Source: an uncultured Chloroflexia bacterium (lineage in GTDB: Bacteria > Chloroflexota > Anaerolineae > Anaerolineales > E44-bin32). From it: DNA of 64,000 nt. The notes under the pieces were generated by a model that was not told the origin of the DNA, did no database searches, and saw only the letters and a list, made by a program, of their open reading frames with translations. The stretch is from NCBI GenBank assembly GCA_963789825.1, contig CAWBME010000006.1:5541-69540 (forward strand). The letters are read 5' to 3'. The first letter of the stretch is position 1, and the number at the start of each line of letters is the position of its first letter. Shown piece by piece: positions 49,789 through 59,218 of this stretch. The translations under genes were made by a program, and so were the position numbers.

Positions 49789-49875
49789 GATGGCCACTCT
49801 CTGGCGGCACCTTGGCGTACATCGTGCCCTCATTGCCATCCTGAGCCGCGCGACAGGGGCAAAGGACCTTGCTCA
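49789..49875 (+). repeat. Dispersed repeat copy R2
   Basis: Exactly 200 bp downstream of R1. See R1. Confidence 0.8.
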
Positions 49876-50043
49876 TGCCCTGGGGCTCCTGCTCTTGCGG
49901 GGCCGTGGCGTGCGCCATAGACGCGCTTGGCTGGGCGCCACACCCGTTGACGGGCTTTCGGGCTGCAGGTAGAATTGGCCTCCGCGCGGGGCTCCACCTG
50001 CAGGTCAAGCTGGAGCCCCGCCTTCCTGAGCCGAGGTGATGGC

Positions 50044-50532
50044 GTGGAGAACCCGGGCGATTCGAGCGGCGAGCACGAATTGCGCGCCGATGTCGTAGCA
50101 GTGCATGGGCCGGTCAGCATGATTGAGGCGGACACGGTGAACATGCACCAGGCGGGTGCGAACGCGGTCCGGGCGACTCAGGTCGACATGTATCTTTCCG
50201 GAGCAGGCACGATCGACGGCGGGGTCGTGCACCTCGATCAAGCCGCGGCGGTTGTTGTGCGCGGCGCGAGTGTGATGCTGGTGGAGAGCACCACGGCGAT
50301 AGCGATTGGCGACGAGGTGGCGCTTGACGGCACGCGCGCAGCGCTGGTTGCCGGGGGCACTGTGAACGCCCGGGGCGCCAGCACAGGGCTGCTGCTCGCC
50401 CGCCAGGTCCATGGCGAAGTGACCACGGTCCTGGACACACGCGGCGCGCTGCTGGCGGGGATCGGCGGTGGCTTGGCGATCGGGTTGGTGCTGCTGCTCG
50501 GCGGGCTGCTCCTGGGCCGCCCCCGACGCTGA
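50044..50532 (+). CDS. Hypothetical tail-anchored protein built of seven exact 15-residue repeats (beta-solenoid-like)
   Basis: The frame is open over 49975-50532. The GTG at 50044 follows GAGGTG. Val recurs every 15 residues (VNMHQ.., VDMYL.., VHLDQ.., VMLVE.., VALDG.., VNARG.., VHGEV..). A C-terminal TM helix LLAGIGGGLAIGLVLLLGGLLLG is followed by RPRR. The start is uncertain (alternatives at 49975 TTG or 50119 ATG). Confidence 0.45.
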   Translation: MENPGDSSGEHELRADVVAVHGPVSMIEADTVNMHQAGANAVRATQVDMYLSGAGTIDGGVVHLDQAAAVVVRGASVMLVESTTAIAIGDEVALDGTRAALVAGGTVNARGASTGLLLARQVHGEVTTVLDTRGALLAGIGGGLAIGLVLLLGGLLLGRPRR

Positions 50533-50611
50533 GCGGTTGACAGGACTTGGAAGAGGATCAGGAGCGAGGGTAACCCCGTCCGGGGGTGAGAGGCGCTCCG
50601 GGAGAAACACG

Positions 50612-51269
50612 ATGGCAGGTAGGACGTTGGAAGTTGAGAGAAGGACCGTCACCGGCAAGCAGGTACGCGCCCTGCGCCGGGAGGGGAAGCTGCCCGGGGT
50701 GCTGTACGGCGCCGGGATCGAGGCAACCCCGATCGAGATGGATGCACGTGAGGCGAGCAAAGTGCTGGCCCGCACGACCCGGACGACGCTGGTGGACGTC
50801 AGTCTTGGAAGGCGAGTTGCACCCATCGTTGGTGCGCGAGATCCAACGCGATCCGATTCGGCGAACGATACGGCACATCGACCTGCTCAGGGTCGCCATG
50901 GATCAGACCATTCGCGCCGAAGTGCCGATCGAGCTGACCGGGGAAGCTCCGGCCGTCAAGACACTCGGCGGCGTGCTGGTTGCCGGCGTCAACTCCATCG
51001 AGGTCGAAGCGCTGCCGGGCAACCTGCCCGATCGAGTGGTCGTCGACCTCAAGGTGCTGGTCAACATCGATGACGCCATCACCGTCGGCGACCTTCCGCT
51101 CGGCGAGGGGGTTGAAGTGCTGACCGATGCCGATTTGCTCGTGGCCCGCGTGATCTTCCAGGCCGAGGAAGTCCTCGAGGAGGCTGTCCCGGTGGCGCCT
51201 GTGGCGGCGGAGCCGGAAGTGATCACCAAGCCGAAGAAGGAAGACGAGGAAGAGGAAAAGGAAGACTGA
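50612..51269 (+). CDS. rplY: 50S ribosomal protein L25 / general stress protein Ctc, one apparent +1 frameshift
   Basis: The ATG at 50612 gives ..RTVTGKQVRALRREGKLPGVLYG.. in one frame. The remainder, ..EGELHPSLVREIQRDPIRRTIRHIDLLRV.. plus an acidic tail, is in ORF 50586-51269. An extra base lies near 50806-50808. Confidence 0.85.
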
Positions 51270-51325
51270 CCGGCAATTCCCGCGCCAGCTTCAACCGGGC
51301 AGGAGGCATGCCTCCTGCCCGGTTT

Positions 51326-51914
51326 CTATTTCCGGTTCGATGGCACCAAGCGCAGGAAATCGACCACGATGCGGGCGGTAGCGCCCCACACCACTTCGCC
51401 CGAGAAGGGACTGAACGTGATCACCTCAACCGGCTGCGAATGGCCTGGCAACTCCACCTTGCGCCGGCTATGGTTGACCGGGTCGGCGAGCCAGACCAAC
51501 GGAATGCCGAAGAGGTGGGCGACCTCGTGTTCGTTCAGGCGCAGCGGCGTCGGCCAGCGGATGCAGCCGACAATCGGCGTGACCCAGAAGCCGGTCGTGG
51601 TGAGCAGCGGGGGCATTTGCCCGATCAGCTCAACTTCATTCGGCCTGAGTCCGATCTCCTCTTCGGCCTCGCGCAGCGCGGTGAATGCCAGGTCAGGGTC
51701 GGAGACCTCGGCCATGCCGCCGGGGAAGCTGACCTGTCCTCGATGGTGCTCGACGCTCTCCGTCCGCCGGGTGAAGAGAAGCCACCACTGGTCTTCGTCA
51801 CGATACAGCGGCAGTAAGCACAGCCGCTGCCCGCCGGCCTTCCCGTTGGACCGGGTCGCCGATTGCCTGCAGCGACTCCCGCAGGGAGTGGAGCCATTCG
51901 CCCGAGGGGCCCAT
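51326..51914 (-). CDS. NUDIX hydrolase, CoA pyrophosphatase subfamily, one apparent +1 frameshift
   Basis: The ATG at 51914 gives MGPSGEWLHSL..GRRAAAVL, then a shift near 51815-51817. The rest reads LPLYRDEDQWWLLFTRRTESVEHHRGQVSFPGGMAEVSDPDLAFTALREAEEEIGL, a NudL-type Nudix box. Confidence 0.8.
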
Positions 51915-52017
51915 TATCCGCCCGTTCCAGTGGGCTGAGGCGATCGGTGCGGACGAGCGCTCCCTCGCCCGGGTATGAGCCGTCCGGCGGACATCGGGGC
52001 ATACTGTGGAATGGGCA

Positions 52018-52878
52018 TCAATCGGTGTCAACGTCCGCAGCTGAGTCACCCGGCGGATCGAGGTCCAAGTCGGTCGTGTCGGAGGCGGGGGTGAATCCGG
52101 CAACCGGCGCAACCGCCCGGGCGAAGACCAGGTAACCGGTATGCGCCACCATGCGGTCGACTGGACGCAGGCGCGCGGGGATGGTCTTGTAGAATTGCTG
52201 CAGGATCTCACAAACATCGATCTGGGAGAACCCATGCTGATTCAGCCCTTCCACCAGGCTTGACACCTGATTGGCCGTGGGAAGGATGGCGCCCAGCACG
52301 CCGCCGCCATGCAGCGCTTGGCGAGCCTGCAGCAAGTAGTTCTGCGGGTCAGGCAGATCAAGGAAGAGTGCATCCAGCTGCTCGATCGGAAAGCCGCCGG
52401 TGATGTCCAGCAGGTGGAAGACGACGCGCTCCTGCAAGCCGAGGCGAGCGACGTTGGCCTGGGCAAGCTCCTGCATGTCGGCGCGCCGGTCGATCGAATG
52501 CACTTCGCCTTGCGGCCCCACCATCCAGGCCAACGCCACGGTCAGGGCGCCGGAACCCGTGCCGGCTTCGGCGATCCTCATCCCCGGCCGGATCGCCAGC
52601 CGCAGCAGGATGTAGCCCAGGTCCTTGGGGAAGATGATTTGGGAACGGCGCTTGAGATGCAGCAGGATCTCGTCCAGCGATGGCTGGAGGAGCACATATG
52701 GGATGCCGAGGTGGGAGTGGCAGGTTGTCCCCCATTCGGCGCCGATCAGGTGATCGTGTGTCAGCACGCCCCGGTGTGTCTGCAACTCGGCCCCAGCAAC
52801 CAGGCGCAGGATGAAACGCTTCCCGTCCTGACCGATCACCAGCGCCAGGTCGCCCTCGGCCGCTCGCGATTGTTCCAC
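52018..52878 (-). CDS. trmI: tRNA (adenine-N1)-methyltransferase, TrmI/GCD14 family
   Basis: N-terminal beta-domain (GDLALVIGQDGKRFILRL) and SAM motif IAEAGTGSGALTVALA. Confidence 0.85.
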   Translation of the reverse strand: MEQSRAAEGDLALVIGQDGKRFILRLVAGAELQTHRGVLTHDHLIGAEWGTTCHSHLGIPYVLLQPSLDEILLHLKRRSQIIFPKDLGYILLRLAIRPGMRIAEAGTGSGALTVALAWMVGPQGEVHSIDRRADMQELAQANVARLGLQERVVFHLLDITGGFPIEQLDALFLDLPDPQNYLLQARQALHGGGVLGAILPTANQVSSLVEGLNQHGFSQIDVCEILQQFYKTIPARLRPVDRMVAHTGYLVFARAVAPVAGFTPASDTTDLDLDPPGDSAADVDTD

Positions 52879-52925
52879 AGCTCCTCCGTCTTCCAGGCTG
52901 ATTCTACTTGTTCCGAACCAGGCGG

Positions 52926-53580
52926 TCAGTGCTTGGTGGCCGTCAGGCGGTAGACGAGCGCTCCAGGCGCCTCGACCGTCTCGACCTGCAGCCGGAGCCC
53001 ATCCACATCGCTCGGAAGTGTCCAGGTATCTGGAGAAGGCGGCGTCTCACCGGTGAAGCGATAGAGCCGCTCGAGCAGCCGCTCGGGCAGGGTGTGAGGG
53101 GCGATGTGCACGCCGGCGATGACCACCAGCGCTGCGCCTGGACGCAGGACTCTGCGCGCCTCCGCCAATGTGCGTCGGTCGAGGATGTACTCGGTCGGGA
53201 AGGTGGCCAGCAGGCCGTCGAACGATTCGCCGGCGAACGGCAGCGCCTGCGCCTCGGCTCGCACCAAGCGCGCCGCAAGCTGCGCCTTGCGCAGGCGGCG
53301 CAGCGCCATCCGTCCCATCTGCGGCGAGCGGTCGAGGCCCACGCTGGGTAGTCCGGCGAACAGCCGCTGGCCGCAACAGATGACCTGGGCCGTGGCCCAG
53401 CTCAAGCACCGGACCGGCCGGCAGCGCCTGAAGCCCGACTTGCTGCCACTCGCGCCAGCGCCCAAAGGAGACCAGCCAGGCCACGGCGTCATAGCCCCAG
53501 GCACAGCGCGTATACAGCAGATCGAGGACGATGCGCACCGCGCCGTGGACGGTGCGAGCGAGGATTTGTGATGCCTTCAT
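52926..53580 (-). CDS. Class I SAM-dependent methyltransferase, one apparent +1 frameshift
   Basis: The ATG at 53580 leads to motif I, VLELGHGPGHL, then a shift near 53374-53378. The rest reads CGQRLFAGLPSVGLDRSPQM..LPFAGESFDGLLATF.. (Methyltransf_11-like). Confidence 0.72.
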
Positions 53581-53659
53581 CCCAATGGCCGCACGGCAGG
53601 AGTGAATGGGCTTGCCACGTGGGGATGGAGCCCCGGTGCTGCAGCGCGCGGCATCATCC

Positions 53660-54556
53660 TCAAGCAGCAGGGACGATCACATCGAGCCGGGCAGGCAAGA
53701 CCTGGTAGACCACCTCGAACAAGGCCTGGGAGCGGATCTCGCCGTCCAGCTGGATGGGGGTTGCGGGCTCGCACGAGATCTGGAGTCGGGTTGTGTGATG
53801 CTGCTGGATGGCGGGATCGCGCACGAAGCTGCCGTTGATCGTGCGCGGCAGGAGGCTAAGCATCTTGCGCCGTGTGGGCGCGTACCCGAGCACGAAGGTC
53901 AATCGCCCGTCCGCCGGGTCGGCCGCCGGCGCCATGCGGAACAGCCCGCCGGTAAGCGGGCAATTCCCCACCGACACCAGGCTGACCGGGCCGTGATACT
54001 CGCCTGCGTCCCACACGAGATGCATGTTCCAGCGCGGTTGGTCGTTGATTGCCCGCAGCGCAGCCACCAGATAGCGGATCACCCCCTGCAGCCGCACCAT
54101 GCGCATGTTGTACAACGTCACAACGGGCTCGAGGCCGATTGCGGAGTTGTTGGCGAATACCCACGCGTTGGCCTGGCCCAAGTCGATACGGCGGGTGGTC
54201 CCGGCGGCAATGGCGCGGGCGCTGGCAGCCAGATCCAACGGGAGACCCAGGTTGTGCACGAGGTCGTTAGCGGTGCCGAGCGGTAGGATGCCCAACGGCC
54301 CAAGCGGCGTCTCAGGCCTGGCCCGGTGCAGTCCATTCACCACTTCGCCGATCGCGCCATCGCCGCCGGCGACGATGATCGGGGAGCATCCTTGCCGGGC
54401 TGCCTGCTCGGCGAGGTCGATGCCGTGTCCGGGGCGCTCGGTCTGCACCAGGTCGAAGTCGATACCGGCCTGGCGCAAGGCAGCCTCCGCCTCCCCGCGG
54501 CGCTTGAGGGCCTTCCAGCGGCCGGAATACGGATTGAGGATCACTCTGGCGGCCAT
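53660..54556 (-). CDS. Diacylglycerol-kinase-family lipid kinase (YegS/BmrU-like)
   Basis: The ATG at 54556 gives MAARVILNPYSGRWKA.. The motif VAGGDGAIGEVVNGL and LGILPLGTANDL are present. The longer ORF extending to 54856 overlaps mgtE and is not supported. Confidence 0.85.
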   Translation of the reverse strand: MAARVILNPYSGRWKALKRRGEAEAALRQAGIDFDLVQTERPGHGIDLAEQAARQGCSPIIVAGGDGAIGEVVNGLHRARPETPLGPLGILPLGTANDLVHNLGLPLDLAASARAIAAGTTRRIDLGQANAWVFANNSAIGLEPVVTLYNMRMVRLQGVIRYLVAALRAINDQPRWNMHLVWDAGEYHGPVSLVSVGNCPLTGGLFRMAPAADPADGRLTFVLGYAPTRRKMLSLLPRTINGSFVRDPAIQQHHTTRLQISCEPATPIQLDGEIRSQALFEVVYQVLPARLDVIVPAA

Positions 54557-54567
54557 GGCTGCGCTCC

Positions 54568-55929
54568 CTACATCTGGGTCAGAACGACCCCGGCAACGGA
54601 CAGGTAGATCAGCAGGCCGGTTGCGTCCACCAGGGTGGCGATCACCGGAGCCGACATGACCGTTGGGTCGACGCCGATGGCATCGGCAGCGATGGGCACC
54701 AGCGATCCGACCAGATTCGCCCAGATGCACACGAGCATCAGCGTCACGCCCACGACGAAGGCCAGGGTGGTTCCCAGGCCCCAGAGCAGCACGAGGGCAA
54801 ACCCGGCAACCGCCAGCAGGGTCCCGAGCACCAGGCTGGTCTGCCCCTCGCGCCACGTCACTCGCAGGGCGTCTCTGCGGCTGATCTCCCCGAGGGCGAG
54901 CGCCCGGATCACTCCGGCCACGGTCTGCGACCCGGCGTTGCCCCCCGTCCCGATGATGAGGGGAATGAAGAAGGTCAGCGCGACGACCGCCTGCAGCTCG
55001 CCTTGGAAGGCCCGCAGCACCCTTCCGGTCAAGGTCGAGGCGCCGAACAGGACCAGCAGCCAGACAAACCGAGAGCGGGCAACGTCGAGTATCCCGCGGG
55101 ACCAGTAGGGCTTGTCAATGATCGGGCCGGGCTCGACGCCGGCGAGCCTGAGTACATCCTTGGTGGTCTCCTCCTCCAACACGTCGAGCACATCGTCATG
55201 GGTGATCACGCCTTGCATCACCCCGCTGTCATCCACCACCGGGAGCGCCAGCAGGTTGTAGTGGCCCATCGTCCGTGCGACGTCCTCTTGGTCTGCTCCG
55301 GTGGTCACAAACCGAACCTTCGGGTCCATCAGCGTCTCGACCGTGGCATGGGGCTCCGCCAGGATCAACTGTCGCAGGCCGGTGACGCCGACGAGCTTTC
55401 CCTCCCGGTCGGTGACATACAGGTAGTAGGGGATGTTCTGATCGGGATGGACCTGCCGCAAGAATTCGATCGCCTGGGCGGCGGTGGTACGGCGGCGCAG
55501 GGTGATGAAATCGGTGGTCATCAGGCCGCCGGCAGATTCATCCGGATGCTTGAGCAGCGGGCTCACCTCATCGGCGTCCTGCATGTCGGCCAGCAGTTCG
55601 GCGGCATAAGCCGGATCGAGGTCGCCCAGCACATCCGCCGCCTGGTCCGGATCCATCTCGTCGAGGACGTCTGCCAGGAATTCGGCCGACAACGACTCGG
55701 CGACATCGGTCGCGTCATCATCTTCGAGTTCCTCGAGCAGATCCGCCGTGGCCGAGACGTCGAGCTCGGGGAGCAACTGCGCCTGCTGCCGGTCGTCGAG
55801 GTCCGAGAACGCGTCCGCCCGGTCGGCCGGGTGAAGAAGGACCAGGGCCTGCATGGCGTCGTTGACGCGCCCGGTCTCCAGGGCCTGGCGGATGACTTCC
55901 AGCGTCTTTTCGATCTGGGCTTCTTCCAT
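54568..55929 (-). CDS. mgtE: Magnesium transporter MgtE
   Basis: The ATG at 55929 starts the MgtE N-domain, followed by tandem CBS domains and a C-terminal TM domain (..GNAGSQT..; ..DPTVMSAPVIATLVDATGLLIY). Confidence 0.92.
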   Translation of the reverse strand: MEEAQIEKTLEVIRQALETGRVNDAMQALVLLHPADRADAFSDLDDRQQAQLLPELDVSATADLLEELEDDDATDVAESLSAEFLADVLDEMDPDQAADVLGDLDPAYAAELLADMQDADEVSPLLKHPDESAGGLMTTDFITLRRRTTAAQAIEFLRQVHPDQNIPYYLYVTDREGKLVGVTGLRQLILAEPHATVETLMDPKVRFVTTGADQEDVARTMGHYNLLALPVVDDSGVMQGVITHDDVLDVLEEETTKDVLRLAGVEPGPIIDKPYWSRGILDVARSRFVWLLVLFGASTLTGRVLRAFQGELQAVVALTFFIPLIIGTGGNAGSQTVAGVIRALALGEISRRDALRVTWREGQTSLVLGTLLAVAGFALVLLWGLGTTLAFVVGVTLMLVCIWANLVGSLVPIAADAIGVDPTVMSAPVIATLVDATGLLIYLSVAGVVLTQM

Positions 55930-56386
55930 TGGCCACTCGGTGTTGCGCAGGATCCGGCCACCATGCCGGACGGCCCGATTCTGTCCGATTCCAGCGCGGT
56001 GCGCCAGCCCTGCGCAGCAGGCCCTTCTGGGAGTTGAAGGCCGCGCAGGGCCAGCGGCGCCGACGCAGCTTGTGGTGCCCTCTGTCGGGGGCGGCAAGCG
56101 CTGGGGCGGTGCAGGTGCGCATGCCGCCCTGCTGGCGGACTCGCGGGCCGGAAAGGCCAGGGGGCTTGCTCACTGGGTGCAGCCCCAGGGCCGGGCGGGG
56201 TCAACCTGGATGCTCGCCGGGGAGGACTAGAGGAGGCTGGCGTGCCGGGATCGACCCATTGGGGCAAACGGGCTCAGGCCGGACACCGCGTCGAACAGCA
56301 CCGATCTGGGGCCAGGGGGATGGCGACGTGCAAGGGACGGGTCGAGGCCTTCGGCCACGGACCGGAAGCCCCGACGCGGTGCGGCG

Positions 56387-57649
56387 CTAGCCGCCGGCGG
56401 GCAGGGCGCGGAGCAAGGCCTTGATGGCGGCCTCCAGCTGCAGATCCCGATCGCCTTGCAGGTCGGCTTCTGACAGCTCGACGACGATATCCGGCTCCAG
56501 CCCGGCATCCTCGATCAGTCTGCCGCTTGGGGTGTACCAGCGGGCGACGGTGACACGCACAGCACCCTGGTTGTCCTGCAGAGGGATCCAGTTCTGCACC
56601 GATCCCTTGCCATACGATTGGGTCCCGACCAGGATCCCGCGCCCGAGATCCTGCACGGCGCCAGCGACGATCTCCGAGGCGGAGGCCGTGCCACCATTGA
56701 TCAGGATCGCCAGTGGGATCTCTGTCGCCGTTCCCCCTGAGCGGGCCCGGAACACCTGCTCCGTCCCATCACCGAAACGCTCGGTCAGCACGACGCCTTC
56801 GCTGATGAACTCCGAGGCAACCTCGATGGCGGTGGAGAGGTAGCCGCCGCCGTTGCCGCGCAGGTCAAGGATCAAGCCGCGCGGATTCTGGGCGAGCACC
56901 TCGCGCAAGGCGCGCCGCAGGTCGTCCGTCGTACCCTCGCCGAAGGTGAACATCTGGACGTAACCGATCCCGTCGTCCAGCAGACGGCCGTCCACGCTTG
57001 GCAGGGTGATGCTGGCGCGCTGCAGGCTGACCTCGAACGGGTCGGGCTTTCCCTCGCGAAGGATCGTCAGCCGTACCGTCGATCCGGCTGGGCCCATGAT
57101 CTGGCGGATGACCAGGCTGCCGTCCATGCCGGTCATGTCCTCGCCGTCCACCGCAATGACAGTATCGCCGGGCAGCAGGCCGGCCTGCTTTGCCGGCGAA
57201 TCGGGCATAGGGGAGACGATCACCAGATACTCCCCGTCCGGGTCCACCCAGGCGCCGATGCCTTCGTAGCGCCCCTCCAGTCCGATCGTCGCCTGCTCAT
57301 ACTCGGTCGGGTCCATGTAGGTGGTGTGCTTGTCGCCGAGCGCCTCGAGCATCCCGCGGATGGCGCCGCGCATGAGCGAGTCATCGTCGACCGGTTGATC
57401 GACGAACTCCTCATGGATCACCTCCCACGTTTCCCAGAACGGGGCAAAGAGCTGGCGCTGAGCTTCCGGAGATCCGTTGGAGGCGAGCGGCACCGGCGAC
57501 GGAGACGCCTCAGGCTGGGGGAGCACGGATTGAACAACAGACTGCAGGGCGGGCACACTGGCGCCGGTCGCCACGCCCCCGCTGAAGAAGATGACCGCAA
57601 ACAACAGGGCGATCCCCGCGCCTGCCATCAGTCGAAGCCACTTGCCCAT
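56387..57649 (-). CDS. S41 family carboxyl-terminal processing peptidase (PDZ domain)
   Basis: N-terminal TM or signal segment, a PDZ region (GLLPGDTVIAVDGEDM) and S41 catalytic motifs (LILDLRGNGGG, NGGTASASEIVAGA). Confidence 0.9.
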   Translation of the reverse strand: MGKWLRLMAGAGIALLFAVIFFSGGVATGASVPALQSVVQSVLPQPEASPSPVPLASNGSPEAQRQLFAPFWETWEVIHEEFVDQPVDDDSLMRGAIRGMLEALGDKHTTYMDPTEYEQATIGLEGRYEGIGAWVDPDGEYLVIVSPMPDSPAKQAGLLPGDTVIAVDGEDMTGMDGSLVIRQIMGPAGSTVRLTILREGKPDPFEVSLQRASITLPSVDGRLLDDGIGYVQMFTFGEGTTDDLRRALREVLAQNPRGLILDLRGNGGGYLSTAIEVASEFISEGVVLTERFGDGTEQVFRARSGGTATEIPLAILINGGTASASEIVAGAVQDLGRGILVGTQSYGKGSVQNWIPLQDNQGAVRVTVARWYTPSGRLIEDAGLEPDIVVELSEADLQGDRDLQLEAAIKALLRALPAGG

Positions 57650-57753
57650 TGGACCTCTCCCATCCCGCTCCGTTCGGCGGGGAGTGGCTGGATTGTAAGC
57701 GAGTTCTGGCTGCTGCCAGCTAAGCGGAGGGTTAAGGGCCCCGAAGGATCCGG

Positions 57754-58572
57754 TCAGCCGTCATGCAGACCGTGTCTGGCGAGCCAGCGGTCGAGCAGCG
57801 CCGGGTAGGTACCATTCCCGACGCTCTGCGTGTAGAGAAGCAGCTCCCTGCCGTCGAACGGGTAGAGAGGGTGGCAGGATGTCGGCCAGGCGCCCTGCGG
57901 TGCCTCCACGACGGCCGTCACTGTCGGAGCCAGGATCTCGGCCTGCTCGAGCGCCGGGACGACCGTCTCGGCGGTCACGATCACCGTGCGGGCGATCAGG
58001 CAAAGCTCCCGGTCGACCCCCTGGTTGCCGCCGATCTGTGCGTTGCCGGAGCGGTCCGCCGCCAGGGCGTGGATCACGGCGACGTCGCACTCGATCGCCG
58101 GAAAGGCGATCAGTTCCTCCCCGGTGTAAGGATCGATGACGGTGCGGACGTCGGGTCGCAGCCTGGGAAGGTCGGTCCCGATCCAGGCCAGCGAGGGCAT
58201 GAATCCGACCCCGGCCATGGTCGCCCGCAGGCCGCTCGCCAGGCTGGCCTCGGTCTCCTCCTGGACGCGCAGCGACCCGTCACTGGCGGCCCGCGTGAAA
58301 TGCGGGGCGAGCCCGAAGATCTCCAGGCCAAAGTAGCAGGTGCGCGTCGTGCTGACCATCCCTTCGCCGACGAGCAGGTCGCTCTCCAGGCCAGACGTGA
58401 AGGAGAGCAGCGTTAGCCCGGAGGGAGCATCCGCCTTGCGGTGACGCTCGAGCAGTGCCAAGCAGAAGGCCATCGGACGCCGGTATAGCGTCACCCCGCC
58501 GAAGGCGATCGAGGCCCCCTGCTTGGGCACCAGCTCAGCTGCCGCTTGCAGACTGATCAGCTTGTCAGGCAT
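57754..58572 (-). CDS. CoA-transferase family I, subunit A-like (glutaconate CoA-transferase GctA-like)
   Basis: 272-aa protein with an N-terminus KLISLQAAAELVPKQGASIAFGG typical of CoA-transferase alpha subunits. No adjacent beta subunit is present. Confidence 0.75.
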   Translation of the reverse strand: MPDKLISLQAAAELVPKQGASIAFGGVTLYRRPMAFCLALLERHRKADAPSGLTLLSFTSGLESDLLVGEGMVSTTRTCYFGLEIFGLAPHFTRAASDGSLRVQEETEASLASGLRATMAGVGFMPSLAWIGTDLPRLRPDVRTVIDPYTGEELIAFPAIECDVAVIHALAADRSGNAQIGGNQGVDRELCLIARTVIVTAETVVPALEQAEILAPTVTAVVEAPQGAWPTSCHPLYPFDGRELLLYTQSVGNGTYPALLDRWLARHGLHDG

Positions 58573-59218
58573 CGGGAGCTCTCAATGCCGGGATTACCTG
58601 AGGCAGGCGATGGATGCGATCGAGCCGGTGGTGGATGGGGCCCGGAGGGGATCCGGGTCCGACGTACACCGTCGTCATTCCCAGCCCGGACGCCGGGTAC
58701 AGGTTGCGCGGCATGTCGTCCACCAACACGCAGGCCTCCGGGCCGGGCGAGCCGGCAAGGGCCATCGCTCGCAGGTAGGAGGCAGGCTCAGGTTTGTTGG
58801 CGAACTCGAGGGCATAGATATCGATGATCGAAGAAACGCACTCGGCGATGTCCAGGGCCTGCAGCACCCGCTCGGCATGGGCGCGGTCGGCATTGGTGAA
58901 CACCACGCGCTGGACGCGCAATCCGGCCAGCATCTGGCGCAGCGCCGGATCAGGCTGCAGGTAGCGCGCCAGCGGTAGGTCATGCACGAACTGCAGGTAG
59001 TCAGCCGGGTCGATCTGATGGTGGAGGCGCAATCCGTTGAGTGTCGTCCCGTAATGCTCGAAGTATTGTCGGCGCAGGTCGATGGCTTCCGGCTCCGTCA
59101 GCCCGAGACGGTCCATCAGGAACAAGGTGATCCGGTCACCGATGGCGTGCCAGACGCCGTTGCCGTGCGGATACAGGGTGTCATCCAGGTCCAGGAACAG
59201 GGTGTGGAGATCAGTCAT
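58565..59218 (-). CDS. HAD-IA family hydrolase, pyrimidine 5'-nucleotidase-like
   Basis: The ATG at 59218 is followed by motif I FLDLDDTLY. Also present are VVFTNADRAHAERVL and VLVDDMPRNL. Confidence 0.8.
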   Translation of the reverse strand: MTDLHTLFLDLDDTLYPHGNGVWHAIGDRITLFLMDRLGLTEPEAIDLRRQYFEHYGTTLNGLRLHHQIDPADYLQFVHDLPLARYLQPDPALRQMLAGLRVQRVVFTNADRAHAERVLQALDIAECVSSIIDIYALEFANKPEPASYLRAMALAGSPGPEACVLVDDMPRNLYPASGLGMTTVYVGPGSPPGPIHHRLDRIHRLPQVIPALRAPDA

